Shown one piece after another: positions 7,491 to 15,500 of a stretch of 35,306 nucleotides of DNA. The stretch's first letter is position 1. Every line of letters begins with the position of its first letter. Position numbers and translations under genes: made by a program. The stretch spans positions 1 to 35,306 of the IMG/VR virus record IMGVR_UViG_3300030419_005747; one strand, written 5' to 3'. The DNA comes from a virus. Taxonomy: Duplodnaviria > Caudoviricetes. The notes under the pieces were generated by a model that saw only the letters and a program-made list of their open reading frames with translations, did no database searches and was not told the origin of the DNA.

Positions 7491-9030
7491 TGTTGATAAG
7501 TTTTTTGGCCCTCCCGGCACAGGCAAAACCACCACCCTACTAAAAAAGATAGAAGAACACCTCGACCAAGGCACTGCTCCCGATCGCATAGCCTTTATTT
7601 CTTTTTCTGTTAAAGCCGCGGAAGAAGGAAAGCAAAGAGCCCGTAGTCGTTTTGGTTTTGCTAAGGAAGACCTTGTTTATTTTTGCACAAGCCATGCCTT
7701 TTGCAAAAGAGCCATGGGCATTACTCGGGTTATGGAAGGCATAGATGTTAAAGAGTTTTTAGAAGCGTATAGTTTTCCTTTAACCCAACACTATCACGGG
7801 AACACCCATAAGTCTTTGGAAGCCATGTTGGAAGACCCCTACTTTCAGATCATTGAGAACGCTAAGGCAAACTGTAGGTCGGTCAGCACTGAACGACTTA
7901 AGACCCCGGTTAAACAAAGACAAAAGATTGTTCCTCCCATGCTAGAAGCTATTGATAGAGCCTGGGCTCAGTACAGAGAAGAACAAGGGATCTTTTCCTT
8001 TGCCGATATGATTAATGAGTTTCTCAACAAAGGCAAAGTACCGCCCTTAGATGTTTTAATTGTTGACGAGGCCCAAGACTTAGCGGAACTGAATTGGCGT
8101 TTGATAGAAAAACTTATGTCCGTGGTCCCCGTTTCTTACATCGCGGGCGACGATGACCAAGCCATCTATGAATGGAACGGAGCAAGGCCCGATCGCTTTA
8201 TTGACATGCAGGGTAGGACCGTGGTCCTCGATCAGTCTTTCCGTGTTCCTAAAAAAGTGCACACTGTGGCTGAGAAAATTGCCGGACGTATCGAGCGCCG
8301 CCAAAGAAAAAACTATTTGCCTAGAGATGAGGAAGGAAGGCTTGAACACCTGCCTTCTGTGAATGTATTGCCTATGGACAAGGGAGAATGGTTGGTTCTA
8401 GCCTCTTGTGACTACATGCTTAACGGAGACAGCGAAGGCTATGACATTCGTAAAAGACTTATTGACCAGGGGATTCCTTTTTCACACAACACCTTTCGCT
8501 ACATTCCTTTGTCCATGGTCAGAGCCATAGATGGGTGGAAAAAATTAAACAAGAAACGAACCAATATAACTGTAGGAGAACTGGAAAACGTTTATAGATA
8601 CCTAACGAAGAACGAAGTAAAAAGAGGCTTTCTTTCCGCCCCAGGGAAAGAAGAAGACAAAGAAAGAAAACTAACGAAGAAAAAAGTGTTAAGCATCTTT
8701 GGACTAAAGGAAGACTGTATAGGGCTTCCTTGGGAAGAAGTGTTTGCAAAGAAAATTAAAGAAGAAAAAAGAGCCTTCATTAAGAAAGCTCTAAAAAACA
8801 ACGAAGATTTAAGCGTTGAACCGCGGGTGGCTTTATCAACAATACATAAGGCCAAGGGAGGCGAAGCGGACAATGTAGCAGTGCTGTTGGACCTGTCTCC
8901 TGCACAGAAACTAAACGCTATGCTCGACTCTGACAGTCTCCACCGACAGTTTTATGTTGCCGTGACCAGAGCCCGAGAAAATCTTTTCCTTATTAACGCA
9001 CAAAATGAGAGCTTACAATATGCCATATAA
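7483..9030 (+). CDS. UvrD/Rep-like superfamily 1 DNA helicase
   Basis: GPPGTGKTT, VDEAQD, GDDDQAIY, STIHKAKGGEAD, YVAVTRARE. Confidence 0.92.
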   Translation: MSSVDKFFGPPGTGKTTTLLKKIEEHLDQGTAPDRIAFISFSVKAAEEGKQRARSRFGFAKEDLVYFCTSHAFCKRAMGITRVMEGIDVKEFLEAYSFPLTQHYHGNTHKSLEAMLEDPYFQIIENAKANCRSVSTERLKTPVKQRQKIVPPMLEAIDRAWAQYREEQGIFSFADMINEFLNKGKVPPLDVLIVDEAQDLAELNWRLIEKLMSVVPVSYIAGDDDQAIYEWNGARPDRFIDMQGRTVVLDQSFRVPKKVHTVAEKIAGRIERRQRKNYLPRDEEGRLEHLPSVNVLPMDKGEWLVLASCDYMLNGDSEGYDIRKRLIDQGIPFSHNTFRYIPLSMVRAIDGWKKLNKKRTNITVGELENVYRYLTKNEVKRGFLSAPGKEEDKERKLTKKKVLSIFGLKEDCIGLPWEEVFAKKIKEEKRAFIKKALKNNEDLSVEPRVALSTIHKAKGGEADNVAVLLDLSPAQKLNAMLDSDSLHRQFYVAVTRARENLFLINAQNESLQYAI

Positions 9031-10879
9031 AACATTTCAGCCTCCAACAGAATGGACGCCACCCGATACTTTTCCCGTAAAAAAACTACTTGACGCAGAC
9101 GAAATTGCGATTGACCTCGAGACTCGAGACCCTAATCTTAAGGAAAAGGGTCCTGGTTATATTAGAGGTGACGGAGAGATCGTTGGCATATCTGTCGCTT
9201 GCGATGGGTACGCGGACTATTTTCCCTTTGCCCATGAAACAGGATTTAATTTCCCTAAGAAAAAGGTCTTAGAGTTTACTAAAGACATTGTGTCTGGGAA
9301 CAGCGACAAAATATTTCATAACGCTATGTATGATGTTGGTTGGTTAAGACAAGCAGGGGTTGATGTTAAAGGCCGAGTCATAGACACCATGGTTGTTGCT
9401 CCTTTAATTAATGAAAACATGTATTGGTACACACTAAATGCTCTGGGCATAGAGTACCTACAAGAAGGTAAATCAGAGGCAGAACTAAGACAAGCGGCAG
9501 AGGAGTGGGGAATTGACCCTAAAGCAGAGATGTGGAGATTGCCCTCAGCGTACGTTGGGACGTATGCCACGCAGGACGCGGCCCTTACACTAAAACTTTG
9601 GAACCACTTTAAGATTCTTCTCGAAGAACAAAACCTATGGAATATTTTTGAACTAGAAACAAACCTGTTCCCCGTGCTGTTCAACATGAAGACAACAGGG
9701 GTGAGGGTTGATTTGGATAGAGCCGCTCAACTAAAGAAACAGTTAATAGTAGAACAGAAAAAAATAACCAGAGAAGTAATCAAAGAATCTGGGGTAAAGG
9801 AAGTAAGGGTTTGGGCAGCGAAGTCTGTTGCCAAAGTCTTTGATGCCTGCAAGATACCCTACAACCAGACCGCTAAAGGCAACCCTAGTTTTACTAAAGC
9901 GTTTTTAGCTAACCAAGAACACCCTGTCGCTAAGAAAATTATGAAGATCAGGGAACTGGACAAAGCCCACAGCACCTTTATAGACACTATTGTTAAACAC
10001 GCACACAACGGCAGGATTCATGCGGACATTAGACAGCTTAAAGGAGAGACTGGAGGCACCGTTACCGGACGATTGTCGATGAGTAACCCGAACCTACAGC
10101 AAGTCCCGGCTAGAGACAAAGAATTGGGCCCACTTATTCGTTCTTTGTTCTTACCGGAAGAAGGACAGAAGTGGTGTTCAGCAGATTTTTCACAACAAGA
10201 GCCTAGAATACTGACTCATTTTGCTTATCGCTCAAAGTATGAGGGAGTTGACCCTGTTGCCGAAGCCTTTATAGCAGGAGAAGCAGACTTCCACCAACAG
10301 GTAGCCGAGCTTGCAGGCATTGATCGTAAGACAGCTAAGACCATTGGCCTTGGTATTATGTACGGTATGGGTAAAGGGAAGCTCGCCGACCAGTTAGGTG
10401 TGGACGTGGACGAAGCCAGTGATATTTTAATGCGGTTTAATACTTATGCCCCCTTCGTTAGACAAATGGCAGACACCGTTATGCGTAGTGCAACCACACG
10501 AGGATACATCAAAACTCTACTTGGTCGTCGTTGTCATTTTGATATGTGGGAACCGCGTCAATACGGCACCGGAAGACCCTTAAAATACAAAGAAGCCATG
10601 CACGAATACAACGGGGACATAAAACGTGCTTTCGTTTATAAAGCGTTGAACAAGTTGATACAGGGGTCAGCCGCAGACATGACTAAAAAAGCGATGCTGG
10701 ATTGCTACAATGCGTCCTATGCCCCTTTGCTACAGGTACACGATGAACTTGTTTTTTCAGTCTCGGACAAAAGGGAGGTTGAAGAAATAGCAGAGATCAT
10801 GGAGAATGCGGTAAAACTAGAAGTTCCCAATAAAGTTGATGCAGAACTAGGCAAAAATTGGGGAGACTCAATGACTTAA
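9020..10879 (+). CDS. polA: family A DNA polymerase with 3'-5' exonuclease (alternative start 9005)
   Basis: ExoI DLETRD, ExoII FHNAMYD, ExoIII YATQD; TGRLS, PNLQQ; motif A ADFSQQEPR, motif B RKTAKTIGLGIMYG, motif C QVHDEL. Confidence 0.95.
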   Translation: MPYKTFQPPTEWTPPDTFPVKKLLDADEIAIDLETRDPNLKEKGPGYIRGDGEIVGISVACDGYADYFPFAHETGFNFPKKKVLEFTKDIVSGNSDKIFHNAMYDVGWLRQAGVDVKGRVIDTMVVAPLINENMYWYTLNALGIEYLQEGKSEAELRQAAEEWGIDPKAEMWRLPSAYVGTYATQDAALTLKLWNHFKILLEEQNLWNIFELETNLFPVLFNMKTTGVRVDLDRAAQLKKQLIVEQKKITREVIKESGVKEVRVWAAKSVAKVFDACKIPYNQTAKGNPSFTKAFLANQEHPVAKKIMKIRELDKAHSTFIDTIVKHAHNGRIHADIRQLKGETGGTVTGRLSMSNPNLQQVPARDKELGPLIRSLFLPEEGQKWCSADFSQQEPRILTHFAYRSKYEGVDPVAEAFIAGEADFHQQVAELAGIDRKTAKTIGLGIMYGMGKGKLADQLGVDVDEASDILMRFNTYAPFVRQMADTVMRSATTRGYIKTLLGRRCHFDMWEPRQYGTGRPLKYKEAMHEYNGDIKRAFVYKALNKLIQGSAADMTKKAMLDCYNASYAPLLQVHDELVFSVSDKREVEEIAEIMENAVKLEVPNKVDAELGKNWGDSMT

Positions 10880-10886
10880 TTTATCG

Positions 10887-10915
10887 TTGCTATTGATCTT
10901 ATACTTTTATATAAT
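10887..10915 (+). promoter_or_regulatory. sigma70-type promoter
   Basis: TTGCTA (10887-10892), 17-nt spacer, TATAAT (10910-10915), in an AT-rich gap before an AAGGA RBS. Confidence 0.7.
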
Positions 10916-10943
10916 CTAACAGAATTTAATATAAGGAACCCAC

Positions 10944-11099
10944 ATGGACACAACTAAATGGAAAAGCGTAGCTATACGCACAGACATTGTTAAACTAGCA
11001 GACAAAATTTCTAAGAAAACAGAACGGCCCAAGAGCTATGTTTTTGCTTACGCTATTAAACGATTAGCGGAAGACATTGAAAAAGGCGTAGTGCAATAA
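10944..11099 (+). CDS. small ribbon-helix-helix DNA-binding protein (51 aa)
   Basis: Not in the ORF track. MDTTKWKSVAIRTDIVKLADKISKKTERPKSYVFAYAIKRLAEDIEKGVVQ; AAGGA RBS; strand-helix-helix pattern. Confidence 0.75.
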   Translation: MDTTKWKSVAIRTDIVKLADKISKKTERPKSYVFAYAIKRLAEDIEKGVVQ

Positions 11100-11100
11100 A

Positions 11101-11286
11101 ATGGTTGGCGGTAAGGAAAAGGAGTTTAAGGTCAGAGGCACATACCGATTGGTTAAAAGAGGCGGCTCAAAAAACTACGAAGCTGTCGATAAACACGGAC
11201 ATGGTGTCAAGTTAGGAACAAGCAGCCTTAAACTAGCTAAGAAACGAGCCGGACTGGCCATAAAGAAAATGGAAGAAACCAAATGA
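11101..11286 (+). CDS. small basic hypothetical protein (61 aa)
   Basis: Tightly packed in the operon; ATGA overlap with ahpC. Confidence 0.6.
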   Translation: MVGGKEKEFKVRGTYRLVKRGGSKNYEAVDKHGHGVKLGTSSLKLAKKRAGLAIKKMEETK

Positions 11287-11795
11287 TTAGTGTAGGCGAT
11301 TCATTCCCTGATTTTTTTCTAACAGGGGTTGACAAAGACAACAGTATTATAGACGTAAACTTCGACAGTTTGTCTGAGCATTGGAGTGTGTTTTATTTTT
11401 ATCCAAAAGACTTTACCTTTATCTGTCCCACCGAGATAGCTGAAATGGACAGGTTGGTGGACGAAGACGTGAATGTTATAGGGGTTAGTGGAGACAATGA
11501 GTTCTGTAAACTTAATTGGAAGCTGTCCGAACCTCTTATCGGAAGAATTAGACACGTTTTAGCTGCGGACTGTGGTTTATCCTTATCTGATGAACTTGGT
11601 ATCGTTGACCAACAGGAGGGGGTTTGCTTGAGAGCCACCTTTATTCTGGATCCAGAAGACATTGTTCAACATGTATCGGTCAATGCTTTGGACACAGGAA
11701 GAAACGTAGATGAAGTTATAAGAACGCTGAAGGCCCTACAATCAGGGGGCCTTACAGGTTGTTCTTGGTCCCCTGGCGATGAGTTTGTTGCATGA
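11283..11795 (+). CDS. ahpC: 2-Cys peroxiredoxin (AhpC/TSA family), auxiliary metabolic gene
   Basis: FYPKDFTFICPTE peroxidatic motif, RATFILDP, GRNVDEVIR, C-terminal resolving Cys (LTGCSW). Confidence 0.93.
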   Translation: MISVGDSFPDFFLTGVDKDNSIIDVNFDSLSEHWSVFYFYPKDFTFICPTEIAEMDRLVDEDVNVIGVSGDNEFCKLNWKLSEPLIGRIRHVLAADCGLSLSDELGIVDQQEGVCLRATFILDPEDIVQHVSVNALDTGRNVDEVIRTLKALQSGGLTGCSWSPGDEFVA

Positions 11796-12541
11796 AGAAC
11801 GAGATTCTTTTTTCGTCTCCCTATGAATACGCTGAACTTTCCCGTGAGACCACGGAGAAGGGGCGTGTTTATTTAAACGGGGAAGAACGACTGAGTTCTG
11901 TTACCACGATTCTTTCTAAAACCAAAGCGGAGAACGACAGTCTACAACAGTGGATTGAACGGGTGGGCAAGGAAGAAGCTGAACGCATACGAAACGAAGC
12001 GGCAGCTAGAGGCACCGAAATGCACGAGATTCTTGAAAGACAGTTAAAAGAAGGCAGCATTTGGGACTATTATCCAGAAACACCAGAGCAAAAGCGTGCC
12101 TATAAAATGGCCTGTACGATCATGGACCAAGGGTTTCCGTCCATTGACCAAGTGTACGGGTGTGAGATTCCTTTGTACTACCCAGGGAAGTATGCCGGCA
12201 CCGCTGATGTGATTGGTAGGCATTTAGGCGAAGAAGCTATCATGGACTTTAAACAAACCAACACACCTAAGAGACGAAGGCGCTATGTTTGGGATTATTT
12301 TCAACAACTCGCTGCCTATGCCATGGCACACAACGAAGTTTATGGCACCGAGATTAAGAAGGGTGTGATTATGATGTGCTCAGTAGATTGTTTTTATCAA
12401 GAGTTTGTTTTGGAAGGCAGAGAGTTTGAGCGCGCCGCAGAAGCCTGGAACACTCGGCTAGAAAAATTTATTCAGAGTATTCAGCCTCCTTCTCTCGAAC
12501 AATCTCAGCCTGAGGCTGAGACAGAAGAGGAAGGTTCTTAA
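11792..12541 (+). CDS. PD-(D/E)XK exonuclease (phage, MGME1/Cas4-like)
   Basis: SVTTIL, RGTEMH, YAGTADV...IMDFKQ, QLAAYAMA. Confidence 0.85.
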   Translation: MKNEILFSSPYEYAELSRETTEKGRVYLNGEERLSSVTTILSKTKAENDSLQQWIERVGKEEAERIRNEAAARGTEMHEILERQLKEGSIWDYYPETPEQKRAYKMACTIMDQGFPSIDQVYGCEIPLYYPGKYAGTADVIGRHLGEEAIMDFKQTNTPKRRRRYVWDYFQQLAAYAMAHNEVYGTEIKKGVIMMCSVDCFYQEFVLEGREFERAAEAWNTRLEKFIQSIQPPSLEQSQPEAETEEEGS

Positions 12542-15500
12542 AGTAATCATAGACTTCCACGAGAGCATCTATCGGAAAGAAACGCCCTGATGGCAATTGT
12601 TCTGCTTCTTCAATGGCCTCTGTTTGTTTATCAAAATCTTTTTTCAGGCTGGTTAAAGCAGCCCTGCTTTTAAGAGCAAGGTTTTCTTCGTTTCTAAGCA
12701 TCGCCCTTTGTTTGGCACTTAGTCGTTCTCTCTTGGTGTTGTCAAGAACAGCCTCCCTAATGTTTAATAGCTCTGCTGCTTTAAAGGTAGAGAAAATATC
12801 CTGATTAACAAAATAATTGGACTTCTGCATAGCAAGATAAGCGTCCAAGAGTTCTTGAGGAGTAACCGCTCCTTTGTTGTACACTTGTTTAGTAAAGATT
12901 TTTTCAGCGTCTCTTTGCTCGTTTAGTAGGTCCGTCAAAGCAAAACTTAAGCTGGAAGTAGGATTAACTCTACTGACTTTAATACCAAAGAAAGAAGCCA
13001 AGGCGTCTTCAAATTCTTGCTTGGTGCCAAAGCGATCGTAGGCTTTCTCCCCTTCTTGTGCACCACGAATCACTTTTTCAGTCGCTGACACAAAACCAGG
13101 AGCAACTCGGTCCCAGACATAATTAAGATAGGCCACGGACTCATCACCAACGCCGCCCAATGGTTTTCCTCTGCCCTCGGCCTCGTTCCAAATAGGTCGA
13201 CCAGTATTACTGTTTCTGTTTTGTGCTATGTCTAACATGGCTTGCATATAAATCGAAAGCTCCAGAAAAGGCTCAGAGAAATTCCCCATAGCCTCAGTGA
13301 TTCCAGAAACAACGGCATCCGACGTAGAGCGCCCTTCATCCATGGCTTTTGACGCTTCACTAAGAATAGTGGGAGCCATTTTTGCCAGATCGTCATAGAC
13401 AGCGATATAGCTTCCGTCAATAAAATCAAAACCACCGCCCTCTGCCTCGGTTTTTTTAGCGATTGGGATAATCAAATTGTTTTGTGCCCAATCCGGTAAG
13501 AACTTTCTTGCGGCCTCAATGTCCTCATCATCAATATCCGAAACAGCTTGTCCAATAGCTTGAGCCGCTGCACCTACTCCATACGCCGCTGTTCCATACC
13601 CTATAAATCGGGCTGCACCACGTTGTCTTATTGCAGAGTTGCTTGATTTCATTTCTATAAAACTTGTTTGTATAATATTGGCAGATGTTCTAACGATCTC
13701 CGTGGGAAAAGCAATAAAGTTTCCAAACACAGCAAGGGGTCCTGTTCTTAGTGTCTCTGCAAACTTACCTACATAGTCGTAGTTTGGAATGGTTTGTCTG
13801 ACATAAAACGCGGCCAACTCTTTTTGCGCCTGTTCAAAACTTTGCCTGTTGATTGTGTAAGACATGTCAAGGGCTTTAGCATGAGCTAAAAGCTGGTTAA
13901 AATCAGCTTCTGTAGGGAAAGCTTTTTTGACCGCCTGTAATTCAGACGCATAAGCCACCACCTTCCAAAAATCATCTGCCGCTGTATAAAAGTCTTCGGC
14001 CCGGCTGTACCACCGTTTAAGAGGGTTAGCTGTCGCAGCAACAAAGTCTCCTGGACCGTCAAAGATTCCGGAACTCGCCGTCCTCCAAGAGGCCAAAAGG
14101 TCCCCCAGTCTTACAGAAGTGTTCAATACACCAAGATCCAAAAGCTCTCGGTAAGTTTCTTGTGCGGCTTGTCTGGAAGTAATAGGTCTTCCTTGTTCAT
14201 CAACACCTTGTTTCCACAACTGATGGCCCACTACTTTCATGGCTTCTGGTAAATTTTTAAAGCCTATAAAGTGCCCATTACCGAGCACAAAAAGTGCCGC
14301 ACTTAAAAAGTTTCTAATTTGTGCCGGCGGACTTAAAACAATTTTCCCCAGTTGTATCCACGCTTTTGGAGCAACCACAAGGTTTCTCCAAACGCTGCTG
14401 TTGTTAAAACCTACAGCGGGGGATTCAGAAACAGCCAAAACTTCAGCCACTTCTTTGGTGGTGTACATACCTTCAAAAGGGTTATAGCCATCAGACGTAA
14501 CTTTAACTGTGAGACCGCTCTCTTTTGCAAACCAGTTGGGAGAGATTCCCTGAGTGTCTCCTTTGGGCACAGGCACCGGAGAAAATAAACGTTGACCAGG
14601 CATCGCGTTAAGCACAGCCATTCTCTGCCAAAACCGGTTGCTTTCAAGAACAGAAGACAAACGAGCAGTTGTGACCGCAGCAGCTTCTCCTGGGTTAGTT
14701 ATTTCTCCCATCAGAGCCCTAATTTCTTGGGGTATTCTGCGCCGTCTTTTTAATATTTTTTGAGTTGTGTCTGTAATCAAAGCCTCTTCTTCTGTTTGGG
14801 GGCTTCCTCTTCCAAAAATACCTCCCAATTCAGTGGCTTCTTGTTCTCCAATATAGCCTTGGCCTATTAGACGAATATCGTTTTCGATTTCGTCTTCGGT
14901 TTTTCCTCTTTTTCTTAGCAAAGCTCTAACGTCCGCAACTTTTTGTCGCATAACCTTTGCTGATTTAGTGGGCATTGTGCGGTTCCACCAACTCAAAGGA
15001 TCATACCCCCCGGCCGTTTCAAAAATTTGGTAAGAACGGGTCATATAAGAGCCGATGTTCTCTTCAATCACTTCTCTTAAAATCTTTCCACCTTTTTTAC
15101 TAGACAACACTTCTGCGGGAAGCTCTTTCAGCAAACGTTTGCTCATCATGTCAATAAAACTACGCAGTTCAATAAAAGGTTCTCGCAACGGCTCAGGAAG
15201 ATTGTTGGCCGCTTTGGAGGCACTAAGTTTTTTTATCTTACTGTAGTCCCCCTGTTGTTCTCCTATCATCTCCTCTATTTCTTTTAGGTCGCTTTCCCAA
15301 ATCATTAGTTGGGTTTCTTTGTTTCCTAAATTTTCTTTGGTGTTAAACCTTTGGAGCATTGCTTGTTGCGCTTCATTTAAGTTTTCGTATTTTATTTCCC
15401 CGCCCCTAAACAACGTTAAAAGGCTTATGTCCTTTTTAAGCTCTTTAATAGCGGCCTCCCTTTCTTTTCTTTGTTGTTTTAGTTCAGCTATTTCTTCCGG

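Noticed and set aside
5886-9030. AEP plus helicase as an anti-phage/conflict system
   Set aside because: Context between SSB and PolA indicates the phage's own replisome.
11792-12541. Cas4-like nuclease as evidence of a CRISPR system
   Set aside because: No array or other cas genes; it is an ordinary phage replication exonuclease.
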